Assembly (NCBI GenBank): GCA_002787155.1
Contig: PCVY01000065.1
Span: 1,286 to 65,285 of the forward strand
Source: Candidatus Abzuiibacterium crystallinum
GTDB taxonomy: Bacteria; Omnitrophota; Omnitrophia; Omnitrophales; Abzuiibacteriaceae
DNA: 64,000 bases
Direction of reading: 5' to 3'
This document shows, one piece after another, positions 17,724-26,976 of the stretch. The notes under the pieces were generated by a model, which did not search any database, was not told the DNA's origin, and saw nothing but the letters and a program-made list of their open reading frames with translations. Each line of letters starts with the position of its first letter. Positions within the stretch are counted from its first letter, which is position 1. The position numbers were made by a program, and so were the translations under genes.

Positions 17724-18191
17724 TTATTGACCTTTTAAAATCACATTTGCATCATAAGGTCCATCTTTACCATAACAATTGGCCGAACCACCGACATAAT
17801 TACCATTCCCAGGAAATAATGTAATGGTATCACCCACACAAGGCGTTGGTGCATTAGAAGCATTTAATCTTGTAGCAACCACGCTATTGGTAGGAGAGGC
17901 AAACGACCAATTTACCGTATTCGGACTACCGTTAAGACCTAATGCGTTCTGCTGAGCTGCATTGGTCACATCTAGCCAGCCAGCTGCACTACCCCCCCGC
18001 ATTTGTTGCGCGGCGGATAAACTGCGACCTAAAATACCCAAGGCATTGCCTGCCTCTGCAACACGTGCTTTTTCAGGCTGCGCAATCAATTTTGGAAGGA
18101 CTAAAGCTGCGATAATACCTAGAATCACGATGACGATTAAAAGTTCGACCAGCGTGAATCCCTTTCTTTTAGTTAAGTTAGATAGCTTCAT
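17724..18191 (-). CDS. pilA: Type IV major pilin (prepilin with class III signal)
   Basis: Start refined to MKLSNLTKRKG|FTLVELLIVIVILGIIAALVLP, preceded by GGAGG. C-terminal Cys pair (C…C) for the disulfide loop. Confidence 0.85.
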   Translation of the reverse strand: MKLSNLTKRKGFTLVELLIVIVILGIIAALVLPKLIAQPEKARVAEAGNALGILGRSLSAAQQMRGGSAAGWLDVTNAAQQNALGLNGSPNTVNWSFASPTNSVVATRLNASNAPTPCVGDTITLFPGNGNYVGGSANCYGKDGPYDANVILKGQ

Positions 18192-18272
18192 TTGATTCCT
18201 CCATTTTCCCCATTGGTACGGGGTCATTTATCCTGCAAAATTGCAGGTGCTTATTATTAAGCCTGTTTTTTC

Positions 18273-18291
18273 CTTGGGGTCTGACCCCAAG
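18273..18291. repeat. Short REP-like palindrome CTTGGGGTC-T-GACCCCAAG
   Basis: Arms related to the GGGGTCAG REP family, located in the pilC-pilA intergenic region. Confidence 0.5.
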
Positions 18292-18432
18292 ATCATACTT
18301 AATTATGCATTTAAAGAAAGACGATGTCAAATAACCAAAAACACATGGATAAACTTCCTAAAGTGATTGAGTAAGTCCTGATAGTTTTTAACGGCGTTGC
18401 ACCATAAAACTAAAGAAAGAATTATATAAGCC

Positions 18433-19710
18433 TCACAGGCCGCCAGTAGAGATTTCAATAAGCGGTAGAAACATAGAGATAACCAGTGTCCCGACAATCA
18501 CACCCATAAAGAGAATAACCATAGGCTCAATAATGACAGAAAGCCGTTGAATGGTGGCGTTCACGCGCTCTTCAAAGAAATTGGCGATCACTTCTAAGAA
18601 ACGGTCTAATTGGCCGCTTTCTTCCCCCACTGAAATCAGCTGTGTCACGAAAACGGGAAAGGCACCTTCTTTTTCAAGCGCCATGGCAACCCCGCTTCCT
18701 TTTTTAACACTTTCTTTCGCACGCTCCACCCTGTCTTCAATCGGCACTGTTCCGACCAGGGTTGATGCAATTTCCAACGCTTGAATAATCGGTGTACCGG
18801 CACGCACCATGGTGCCAAGCCCTCTCGCAAACCTCACAATGGCCACTTCTGTGATAAAAGTGCTCACCACAGGTATTTGAAGCTTAAATGAATCAATCCA
18901 TCTTTTTGACTCTCTTCTGCGATTGAAATATGCATAAGCCATAATAAAAAAAACAATGACTAATACAATCAATATAAAGTGAGATTGCATAAAACGACTC
19001 GAATCTAGGACTAATTGGGTAACTTCCGGAAGTTTTCTGTTCCGTCCAAAACTCTGAAAAACTTTCTCGAAAGTGGGAATCACCTTAACCATGAAAATAC
19101 TCAATGCTCCAATACAAAAACAGATCAAAATAACCGGATAAACCATGGCAGAAGTCAGTTTGCTTTTAAACCGTTCGCTCGACTCTTGATAGTTCTTAAT
19201 TTCGGTTAAAACCTCGGGCAAGGAACCGCTGGCTTCGCCGGCTTGAATTAAGCCAAACCAAAAAGGCGGGAAAACTTTTGGGTATTGAGCCAGGGCCCGG
19301 CTCAAGCTAAACCCTTGGCTGATTTTCTCAATCGCACCTTGTAATACTTTTTTTAAAAGCCCTTTCTTAATTCCTTTTTCAATAATCCCAAGCGACCTGA
19401 GAATCGGAACACCTGCTTTGAGAAGTGCGATCAATTGAATAAAAAAGGAAAGGAGATCACTTCCTTTCACAGTTTCAAAAAGCGTGATTTCACTGAATTT
19501 GGTTACTTTTTTCTTAGATTGATCAGCGGCGTTTTCCCGCTCTTGCTGCGTGAAGGTTTGTTTTTTACTTCCCGACTCTTGAACGGATAAAACAAAATAA
19601 CCCTCCGTTTGCAGCTGACCAACAAGGTCTTCTACATTCATGGCTTCGCGCACAAACTGCTCGATCTTAGCGCCTTCTTCCCGTTTTTTAACTTTGACGT
19701 TGAATTTCAT
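18433..19710 (-). CDS. pilC: Type IV pilus assembly platform protein PilC (GspF family)
   Basis: Two T2SS-F repeats and a three-TM architecture. 425 aa. Confidence 0.9.
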   Translation of the reverse strand: MKFNVKVKKREEGAKIEQFVREAMNVEDLVGQLQTEGYFVLSVQESGSKKQTFTQQERENAADQSKKKVTKFSEITLFETVKGSDLLSFFIQLIALLKAGVPILRSLGIIEKGIKKGLLKKVLQGAIEKISQGFSLSRALAQYPKVFPPFWFGLIQAGEASGSLPEVLTEIKNYQESSERFKSKLTSAMVYPVILICFCIGALSIFMVKVIPTFEKVFQSFGRNRKLPEVTQLVLDSSRFMQSHFILIVLVIVFFIMAYAYFNRRRESKRWIDSFKLQIPVVSTFITEVAIVRFARGLGTMVRAGTPIIQALEIASTLVGTVPIEDRVERAKESVKKGSGVAMALEKEGAFPVFVTQLISVGEESGQLDRFLEVIANFFEERVNATIQRLSVIIEPMVILFMGVIVGTLVISMFLPLIEISTGGL

Positions 19711-19726
19711 GTTTATCCTTAAAGCA

Positions 19727-19755
19727 GTTACCAGAAACCAGCAACCAGATACCAG
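19727..19755. repeat. Left inverted repeat flanking the four-helix-bundle cassette (GTTACCAGAAACCAGCAACCAGATACCAG)
   Basis: Its reverse-complement partner at 20155-20183 is GTAACCAGAAACCAGCTGCCAGTAACCAG, about 25 of 29 identical. Confidence 0.7.
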
Positions 19756-19761
19756 AAATGA

Positions 19762-20136
19762 TTATCTGGATACGAAAGACGAACTTTTTATTAAGCCTTT
19801 AACCATGCTGGTAATTTCTCGCGCTTGAGATTTAAGCTCCCAATATAACTCTTTCTCAATTAAACCTTGCTGCTCCAAAACAATTAACACCGAAACACAT
19901 TCTCTAGCTGAATCAGAAGAGGTCCTAAAATAGCGAAAACGTTCTTTGCCGGAAATCTTGTCATTTCCTTCCGCTAGGTTATTAGCAATTGAAAGAGCCG
20001 CTCTAATGAGATTTTCGCCTATGGAATAGCGATATTCTTTTGGTATTTCTTTAACAACTTTGAAAATCTGATCAATAAACACCAACGCTTTCTGATAAAC
20101 TTTCAAATCTTCAAAATCAAACTTGAATTCTTGCAT
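19762..20136 (-). CDS. Four-helix-bundle protein (TIGR02436, 23S rRNA intervening-sequence protein family)
   Basis: 124 aa: MQEFKFDFEDLKVYQKALVFIDQIFKVVKEIPKEYRYSIGENLIRAALSIANNLAEG… matches the typical family sequence. Confidence 0.85.
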   Translation of the reverse strand: MQEFKFDFEDLKVYQKALVFIDQIFKVVKEIPKEYRYSIGENLIRAALSIANNLAEGNDKISGKERFRYFRTSSDSARECVSVLIVLEQQGLIEKELYWELKSQAREITSMVKGLIKSSSFVSR

Positions 20137-20154
20137 TCAATAAACCAACTCACT

Positions 20155-20183
20155 CTGGTTACTGGCAGCTGGTTTCTGGTTAC
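20155..20183. repeat. Right inverted repeat flanking the four-helix-bundle cassette
   Basis: Reverse complement matches the 19727-19755 repeat. Confidence 0.7.
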
Positions 20184-20203
20184 TTCTTTTTACATGCTAT
20201 ACG

Positions 20204-22396
20204 CTAAGATTCATATGCAATACTCAACACTTCCTCAAATGTGCTCACACCTTGTTCCACTTTTTTAATACCGCTTTCAAGCAAAGTCTGCATCCCTGCT
20301 TCACGCGCCGCTTTGCGGATAGTGCCCAAGTCTTCGTTGCGGGCAATTAAATGCCTAATGTTTTCATTGATCGGCATGATTTCATAGATAGCTTCACGGC
20401 CCCAATAACCGATGTCACGGCATTTCTTGCAACCCTTGGTTCGATAAATCTTGCGAGTTTTGAGTTTAAATTCTGCTGCTTCTTTTTCACTGGCTTCATA
20501 GGCTGACTTACAATGCGGGCAAAGCTTACGGATTAATCGCTGAGCGCCTACCATGAGTAAACTGCTAGATACCAAGTAAGGCTTCACACCAATATCAATT
20601 AAGCGGGTTACCGCGGTTGGTGCATCATTTGTATGTAGGGTGCTCAACACTAAGTGACCCGTGAGTGAGGCGCGTACGCAAACCTCTGCCGTTTCTTCGT
20701 CGCGCACTTCTCCCACCAAAATCACATCCGGATCTTGACGCAGAAAAGCCCGAAGACCCGAGGCAAAAGTAAGGCCGATGTCAGAGCGTACCTGTACCTG
20801 CCCAACACCTTCCATTTGATATTCGACAGGGTCTTCAATGGTCAGAATATTCGTATCGACTGCTTTAATATAATTCAGTGCGGCATAAAGCGTGGTGGAT
20901 TTACCGCTTCCCGTCGGACCCGTAATAAAAATAAGCCCATGCGGGCGTTTCACCGCTTCTTTGAAAATCTTTACTTGGTCTTCTTCGAAGCCGAGTTGAT
21001 TCAGCGTTTTAATGCCGGATCCTTTGTCTAAAAGCCGCATCACCACACGCTCGCCGTGCACCACGGGGACGGTCGAGACACGGACATCAATGTTACGATC
21101 TGTGTATTGAATGCTGAAAGAACCGTCTTGCGGAATGCGTTTTTCGGCAATGTCCATGCGCGATAAAATTTTAATGCGCGAGACAACAGCCAAATGAAGT
21201 TGTTTGGGAGGCGGCGGCAGCTCGTAAAGATTGCCGTCTAAGCGGTAACGAACGATTAAGCGGTCTTCAAAAGGTTCAATGTGAATGTCGCTTGCTTTAT
21301 CTTCAATGGCTTTCTTGAGCAGTAAGTCCACAAAACGAATGACCGGCGGTTGATTGGCGTTGGATTCTTTGTCGTTTAATTTAATTTTGACATCAACGCG
21401 TTCCTGCGCGGCTGATTTGGTTTCTTCTTCCATTTGCCGGCCGGATGTCACTTCTTCCAGCTGGACACTGCCGTAAAACATTTGAATTTTCTTCTCAAGT
21501 TCAGTCGGCCCTGCTAAAACAGGAATAATTTCAAGACCCGTGAGTTTCCGGAGGTCATCTAACATCAAAAAATCAAAAGGTTTCGCGAAAGCAACCGTTA
21601 AATTACGTCCTGAGCGAAAAAGAGGTAATGCTAATTTATCGCGGGCAAATGACTCGGGAAAAATTTCCTTCAGCCGCTGATCAGCTCTGGGATTTAACTG
21701 TTCGCCAATCATCATAGGGATATTAAGCTGCTGTGATAAAGCCACGATGATATCCGTTTCGCGGCGGACAAATTGAAGGTCAACTAAGATCTCGCCAAGC
21801 GGCCGGTTCTCTTTCTTTTGAATTTCCAAAGCCTCCTGCAATTGGTTGTCTGTGATGAGGCCCTGCTGAACCAATATCTCGCCTAATTTAAGCTTCCGCA
21901 CGGATGCTTTGATGTCAACCGTCATGGGGGCTTCTTCTTCCGGCCTGGTTTTAGCGCATAAAGCATAAAACTCTTCCAGCTTGGGTTCTAAATCTTTTTT
22001 CTTTGTTAAAACGGGATCGATTTCAAGATGGGTTCGCTTGGTCAATTCTTCCACGACCGATGGATCAAAGGTGTAAGCAAAAGCAACGGTCAATTGTTTT
22101 TCGGTTTTTTGAAGCGGTAAAACAGAATACTGCCGGGCCAGGGCTTCGGGAATCAAGAGGTGGAGATTTTGATCGAGCTGCGGTTTCAGCTGCTCGCCGA
22201 TCAGGATGGAGATATTGAGCTGCTGAGAAAGGGCGACTAAGATATCGGTTTCGCGTTTGATATATTGAAGCTTAAGAAGAACTTCGCCGAGAGGTTCTTT
22301 GAGCTTTTTTTGCTCTTCAAGCGCTTGATCAAGCTGGTCTTCTGAAATCAATCCCTGACTCAGAAGAATTTCTCCCAATCTTCGAGTCTTTCCCAT
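20204..22396 (-). CDS. pilB: Type IV pilus extension ATPase PilB (GspE family) with duplicated N-terminal GspE_N domains
   Basis: Walker A GPTGSGKSTT, Asp/His boxes and the tetracysteine motif CPHC…CKKC. Two GspE_N-like repeats (LGEILLSQGLISEDQL… and LGEILVQQGLITDNQL…). Confidence 0.9.
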   Translation of the reverse strand: MGKTRRLGEILLSQGLISEDQLDQALEEQKKLKEPLGEVLLKLQYIKRETDILVALSQQLNISILIGEQLKPQLDQNLHLLIPEALARQYSVLPLQKTEKQLTVAFAYTFDPSVVEELTKRTHLEIDPVLTKKKDLEPKLEEFYALCAKTRPEEEAPMTVDIKASVRKLKLGEILVQQGLITDNQLQEALEIQKKENRPLGEILVDLQFVRRETDIIVALSQQLNIPMMIGEQLNPRADQRLKEIFPESFARDKLALPLFRSGRNLTVAFAKPFDFLMLDDLRKLTGLEIIPVLAGPTELEKKIQMFYGSVQLEEVTSGRQMEEETKSAAQERVDVKIKLNDKESNANQPPVIRFVDLLLKKAIEDKASDIHIEPFEDRLIVRYRLDGNLYELPPPPKQLHLAVVSRIKILSRMDIAEKRIPQDGSFSIQYTDRNIDVRVSTVPVVHGERVVMRLLDKGSGIKTLNQLGFEEDQVKIFKEAVKRPHGLIFITGPTGSGKSTTLYAALNYIKAVDTNILTIEDPVEYQMEGVGQVQVRSDIGLTFASGLRAFLRQDPDVILVGEVRDEETAEVCVRASLTGHLVLSTLHTNDAPTAVTRLIDIGVKPYLVSSSLLMVGAQRLIRKLCPHCKSAYEASEKEAAEFKLKTRKIYRTKGCKKCRDIGYWGREAIYEIMPINENIRHLIARNEDLGTIRKAAREAGMQTLLESGIKKVEQGVSTFEEVLSIAYES

Positions 22397-22409
22397 TCAA
22401 TCACTCGGG

Positions 22410-24368
22410 TTATGCCGGTTTAACAGGCAATGAATCGGACGGTTGTTGTTCGGATTCAGGAACGACTGATTCTTCATCGGACTTGTCGTTATTCGCCCGA
22501 GGCGGCACAATTTTCCTGATCTTGATGGGCATGTTTCCTGGTGACTGACTGTCAAGCTTGGTAATTTTGACTGCCGGTTGCTGTTGGGTGTCATGTAAAA
22601 CCTTTTTCTCGGTCACGGCTAATATTGGTTTATCTTCCGCCTCAGTACCATTTGACTCGACAGGCTCAGAAGGCATCTCCAAAGGTAAGTCTACCTCAAT
22701 TTCGACGGTATTCAAATGGAGGGCTTCTTCAATGGCTTTGTCGCGCGCTTCTACATAAGCCACACCTTCAGTATGATCACCATTAAAGAACGATTTTTTG
22801 GTTAATTCCTTAAACCATGGCTTATCCCACACCTGCCAAAAGTCGGCCGCTTCTTCATCAATAGAAGTCATGTAATCCGGGATATTTTGCGCCGCTACCA
22901 TGCGCGTATCAGAAATGATGCGGGGCCGCAAGAAAATAATGAGTTCCCGGTCCAATTTTTGCGTGGTCCACTTTGAAAAGAAAAACTTAAAAATAGGAAT
23001 ATCGCCCAATAAGGGGATTTTTCTCAAAACTTTTTTGTCATCGCGCTGCGTTAATCCGCTAATCACAATCACTTGGCCGTCTTTGACGGCAAGTGTGGTG
23101 CGCGAAGCGCGAATACGCGGATCAAGAAAACTGCTCGAAAATTGAGCAGATTCCAGCGTTGAAAAGCGCGGTTCTAAAGTCATCGTGATGGTTTCGTTGT
23201 CATTAATGAGGGGTGTTGCTTTTAACGTCACGCCGATTTCCGTCCGTTCCGCAGAAGTCGCTGTGACAGGCGTAGAGGAGCCGGTAGCCACTTGGGTATT
23301 CTCGGCGATCACGGCGTTCACCGTGATCTTGATAAAGGCCGGCTCGTTATCCAAAACCAACATTCTGGGTTTGGCTATGATTTTGGTTCGATCATCCGTT
23401 TGAAGCGCTTTCAGCGTTCCTTCAACTTGTGAAACATCGAAACTGCCGAATGTAATACCCTTATCTTTTTCAATTAAATCGCCTTTATTAAACAAATCAC
23501 CAAATTGGTTAGGCGTCGGAATATTAAATGAGCCTTGTGCGCCCGAAATACTTCCCAACGAGCCTTCGGTCCCCGTCCCCCACTCTGTTCCGATAAAACG
23601 ATCAAAATCAAGCGCAGTTTCTAGCATGATGGCTTCGATTAAAACTTGCTTCAATGGTTTATCAAGCGCTTCAACCACTTTCTCAATTTGATCCAAACGA
23701 TCCGATGTATCCGTAATCACCAAACAATTCATACGGTCATTGATCGTCACGCGGCCTCTGGGGCTCAGAAGATCTTCGATAGTGCTTTTGATTTCGGTTT
23801 CTTCACCGCCTGTGATATTGACATTGCCCACCACGGATGAAGAGCCGCCGATATTGCTCGAACTGGTATTGCTTCCGGTTGACGACCCTGTGGTGCTGGA
23901 TTCTTGCAGTGTGACTTCTTTGGGCTTTGCAACGCGTACATATTTCAACTTGAAAACACGCGTTTCAAGCGGAATCAATGCATCTTCTCCCGTGGCAACT
24001 CGGATAATATAAATATTTTCTTCCCCGACTTTTTGCGCCACAAGCGCATTGCCTTTGACAATCGCTTCTAACGCATCTTCGAAAGTCACGTTTTCCAAAG
24101 ACAAATTAATTTTACGGGTAGCCGCATCTTCTGCCGTAACAAAATTAGCGCCTGAAATCGTCGATAATACCTTCAAGACCTCCGAAAGATCAGCGTTGCT
24201 AAAATCCATCGAAATCTTATTATCGCCCAGATTTTTAACATCCAACCGAGGCGCTTCAGCAGCAGGATCGGGTGCGGCAAACAGCTGTGAAGGAAAAAGG
24301 GAGAGAGATAAAACGATGACTAAAGCGGTTAATCGGGTCAAATAATTGTGAGAAACGGATAAGTTCAT
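22410..24368 (-). CDS. pilQ: Type IV pilus secretin PilQ
   Basis: Signal peptide, secretin-N/STN-like region, a low-complexity S/T/G linker and the C-terminal secretin domain (…VISGLTQRDDKKVLRKIPLLGDIPIFKFFF…). Confidence 0.9.
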   Translation of the reverse strand: MNLSVSHNYLTRLTALVIVLSLSLFPSQLFAAPDPAAEAPRLDVKNLGDNKISMDFSNADLSEVLKVLSTISGANFVTAEDAATRKINLSLENVTFEDALEAIVKGNALVAQKVGEENIYIIRVATGEDALIPLETRVFKLKYVRVAKPKEVTLQESSTTGSSTGSNTSSSNIGGSSSVVGNVNITGGEETEIKSTIEDLLSPRGRVTINDRMNCLVITDTSDRLDQIEKVVEALDKPLKQVLIEAIMLETALDFDRFIGTEWGTGTEGSLGSISGAQGSFNIPTPNQFGDLFNKGDLIEKDKGITFGSFDVSQVEGTLKALQTDDRTKIIAKPRMLVLDNEPAFIKITVNAVIAENTQVATGSSTPVTATSAERTEIGVTLKATPLINDNETITMTLEPRFSTLESAQFSSSFLDPRIRASRTTLAVKDGQVIVISGLTQRDDKKVLRKIPLLGDIPIFKFFFSKWTTQKLDRELIIFLRPRIISDTRMVAAQNIPDYMTSIDEEAADFWQVWDKPWFKELTKKSFFNGDHTEGVAYVEARDKAIEEALHLNTVEIEVDLPLEMPSEPVESNGTEAEDKPILAVTEKKVLHDTQQQPAVKITKLDSQSPGNMPIKIRKIVPPRANNDKSDEESVVPESEQQPSDSLPVKPA

Positions 24369-24384
24369 ATGTCGTTCAAGTGCT

Positions 24385-24762
24385 CTATTCTACGCGCAAC
24401 GTTTCTGGTATACCATTAATTAAAATATCGACTGTGGTATTACCTATCTTTACGACTGTAATCTCACCTTTGGTTTCCCCTTCGCGATATACCTTTCCGT
24501 CTAACATGACATAAGATTCGCTACCGGTTCTCCCAATACCTGAGATTCTATAAGGATTTCTTCTTTTTTGCACCTGTTTATTTACACCGCTTTCAAAAAG
24601 CGCCGCATTGGTGGGGACCATCGGGTTTCTTTCAATGGCAACTGATTCGGCGTAGGCCTCTTTGGCTTCATCTGCCTGTAAAATAAGGTGCCGGGAGAGA
24701 CATAAACACATCGTCACGATGACCACGCCGGTAAAATATAAAAAAGTTTTTTGGTTTGCCAT
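24385..24762 (-). CDS. pilP: Pilus assembly protein PilP-like
   Basis: Start refined to MANQKTF…, abutting the pilO stop. N-terminal anchor plus a C-terminal beta domain (…YRISGIGRTGSESYVMLDGKVYREGE…). Sits between pilO and pilQ as in canonical pilMNOPQ clusters. Confidence 0.55.
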   Translation of the reverse strand: MANQKTFLYFTGVVIVTMCLCLSRHLILQADEAKEAYAESVAIERNPMVPTNAALFESGVNKQVQKRRNPYRISGIGRTGSESYVMLDGKVYREGETKGEITVVKIGNTTVDILINGIPETLRVE

Positions 24763-24763
24763 G

Positions 24764-25330
24764 TCAAGGTTTGACCAGAAATACATTAATAATGATATCA
24801 AAATCCCGATGATCATCAAGAAGCGAGTCGGAAGATTTGCTGCGCCGGCTGCCTGTTCTTGATTTTAAATCAAAACCATTTAAGTTTAAACTCGAAATCA
24901 AAATAAAATTGTCACCTGCTTCCAAACGTTTAATAAAACGTGCCATCGATAAGTAATTGCCGGCTCCTCGAATGCCTAACGCCAAGTTAATAAAATTAGT
25001 CCCCGGCAATTCGCTTTCTTTTGGATCGATTTCATCTACCTGCAAGCCTTCTAACCTGGCCATATTGGCAATATCTTTGATGACATCGTTTCTCTTCTCA
25101 GCCGGGGGAAATGACTTTAAAACGTCCTTTTCTTCTTTTTGTTTGACTTGCAAAGTTTGAACCAATTTAATTTTTTGCCGAACGAGCGACACATCCCGCT
25201 TAACGCTTATCAATTCTGCTTGAGTTTGATAAACGATAAACCCAAGCGCCCCCAAAAGAACGGCCCCGGCAAGAACCGGCACCACTACCTTTTTTTGCTG
25301 TTCCGTTAGGAACTCTTTTTGATTAGCCAT
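24764..25330 (-). CDS. pilO: Pilus assembly protein PilO-like (bitopic, coiled coil)
   Basis: Single TM helix (VVPVLAGAVLLGALGFIVY) followed by a coiled-coil and ferredoxin-like periplasmic region. Position in the cluster matches pilO. Confidence 0.6.
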   Translation of the reverse strand: MANQKEFLTEQQKKVVVPVLAGAVLLGALGFIVYQTQAELISVKRDVSLVRQKIKLVQTLQVKQKEEKDVLKSFPPAEKRNDVIKDIANMARLEGLQVDEIDPKESELPGTNFINLALGIRGAGNYLSMARFIKRLEAGDNFILISSLNLNGFDLKSRTGSRRSKSSDSLLDDHRDFDIIINVFLVKP

Positions 25331-25332
25331 GG

Positions 25333-26931
25333 TTATTTGTTTACCCTGCCGCTTGTGTTAAAGTGTGCAATGATACGGAATTTTGTAAAATTACGCCCCA
25401 AATAGCTTGTCCTCTCCACGCCTTCTAATTTGAGAACAGCAAACCCTTTCATAAAAGAATCATTTTTTCTTAGCTCATCCGCATAATCATTTATTTGTCT
25501 CAATTCTTCTTCGGGAATCTCACGGTAGTAAATGTACCCGTTCATCGACAACTGACGGTCTGTAATGGCAAGCGCATTGCCGGAACTAAATGTTTGCTGG
25601 TATTGTAAATCAGAAAACCAAATGGGCACCGGAATGGTTTGAGAAAGCGTAATCAGTTTGTCCCCGATTAAAGACCGGCTTTCCTGAAAAGCTTGAACAA
25701 TTTTATTCTTGGTTTCCAGGTCACTCAAACGTTTCTGAAGCGCCGAAACAGACTCCAGCGCAAATTGAGGTGAGGCTATGTTCAAATTTTCTTCATCAAA
25801 TTTTAGTTTTCCAAGCGTTTGTTTTAATTGATGCATACGAGGCATGTAATAGCCGAAATAGTAACCAACCCCCAGTAAAAGAAGGGTTAAGATAACAGCG
25901 CCCGTCCACTTTCGGGGCGCTCGCCTTTCTTCAGCAACAACGCCGCTGCCCAAAAAAGAAACATCATAGGGCGTTAAATGTTCTCCGATGGCTCGCAGCG
26001 CCAATCCAATCGGAACTAAAAAAGTGTTGGCGGATTCAACGGCGAGACCTGTCTTCATGGGAAATTCGGGTATTTCAACCGGTACTTTGCCGTTGAAAAA
26101 CTTATCCAAAATTTGTGCCCACATCTTTAAATTCCAATCACCCGCCACATAGACATGTTCCGGCAATCCTGTCTCCCCCAATTGACGGTTAAAATAATCA
26201 AGTGAAGACTGGAATTCCGAGAAAAACCGTTCAGGGTGTTTAGGATCATCCGGTGATAAGTAAAAATCACGGCACACATAAAAAATATCACCGCGGTACA
26301 TTGAAACACTGACGGCACCGTCAACAGCAAAATGCAAAATACAATTTTTACTTTCTGCTCGCTTTTTTTGGTTATGAATTGCCCGCGCCAAAGAATAAAA
26401 AGGCGGCTCAGAATCAAAAACCTTGATTTTACCTGCTTCAACGGCATTGACGTGGCTGCGCAGGACATCAATTCGGATCGCATTAAAAACGACATCCAGA
26501 TTTTCTTTGTCTCGGGCTGGTTTGATTGAATACCCAACCACTGTTTCATCAAGGCGGTAAGGGACGTATCGCGACCCTTCGAAACGAATGGCGTCTTCTT
26601 GTTCTTTTTCACTGACGGCAGGCACTTGAAAATAGCGTGTCACGACTTGAGACGCCGCAGGACTTGTATAGACTTCTCCGCCCTTAATACCTGCCTTTGC
26701 GCAGCATTTTTGAATGGCCGCAGCCACATATTTTTGTCTGGCCGGGCCTTCTTCGGTGCTGTGTATCGTGTCGGGGAACGGTTCAAAATGAGCTTTGCTT
26801 AATTCAACACCGGTTAGCGTGCGGCGTACCTCGGCCACGTAAATACCGTTTTCCGCCACATGGATACCAATGCCTCTTCTGATGAGCTTTAATTTGAGGG
26901 AAATAATTCTCTGAAGTTCAATATCTTTCAT
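25333..26931 (-). CDS. pilMN: Fused PilM-PilN protein
   Basis: The N-terminal ~330 aa form an actin-like ATPase fold (PilM/FtsA-like). They are followed by a TM helix (VILTLLLLGVGYYFGYYM) and a ~170-aa PilN-like periplasmic coiled-coil domain in one 532-aa frame. Confidence 0.75.
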   Translation of the reverse strand: MKDIELQRIISLKLKLIRRGIGIHVAENGIYVAEVRRTLTGVELSKAHFEPFPDTIHSTEEGPARQKYVAAAIQKCCAKAGIKGGEVYTSPAASQVVTRYFQVPAVSEKEQEDAIRFEGSRYVPYRLDETVVGYSIKPARDKENLDVVFNAIRIDVLRSHVNAVEAGKIKVFDSEPPFYSLARAIHNQKKRAESKNCILHFAVDGAVSVSMYRGDIFYVCRDFYLSPDDPKHPERFFSEFQSSLDYFNRQLGETGLPEHVYVAGDWNLKMWAQILDKFFNGKVPVEIPEFPMKTGLAVESANTFLVPIGLALRAIGEHLTPYDVSFLGSGVVAEERRAPRKWTGAVILTLLLLGVGYYFGYYMPRMHQLKQTLGKLKFDEENLNIASPQFALESVSALQKRLSDLETKNKIVQAFQESRSLIGDKLITLSQTIPVPIWFSDLQYQQTFSSGNALAITDRQLSMNGYIYYREIPEEELRQINDYADELRKNDSFMKGFAVLKLEGVERTSYLGRNFTKFRIIAHFNTSGRVNK

Positions 26932-26976
26932 GAAGTTTTACAGGATAAGTTGATAATGCAAGACATGAGAAACAAC

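Noticed and set aside
18228-18300. Sigma-54 (-24/-12) promoter upstream of pilA
   Set aside because: The candidate sequence (minus-strand AAGCAC-N7-TTTGCA) lacks the invariant GG at -24 and has wrong spacing. The CTGCAA-aa-TTGCAG palindrome there is short and is more likely a generic operator.
22397-22594. 65-aa ORF in the pilB-pilQ junction
   Set aside because: It overlaps the 5' end of pilQ in another frame. pilB and pilQ are only 13 nt apart, leaving no room for a real gene.
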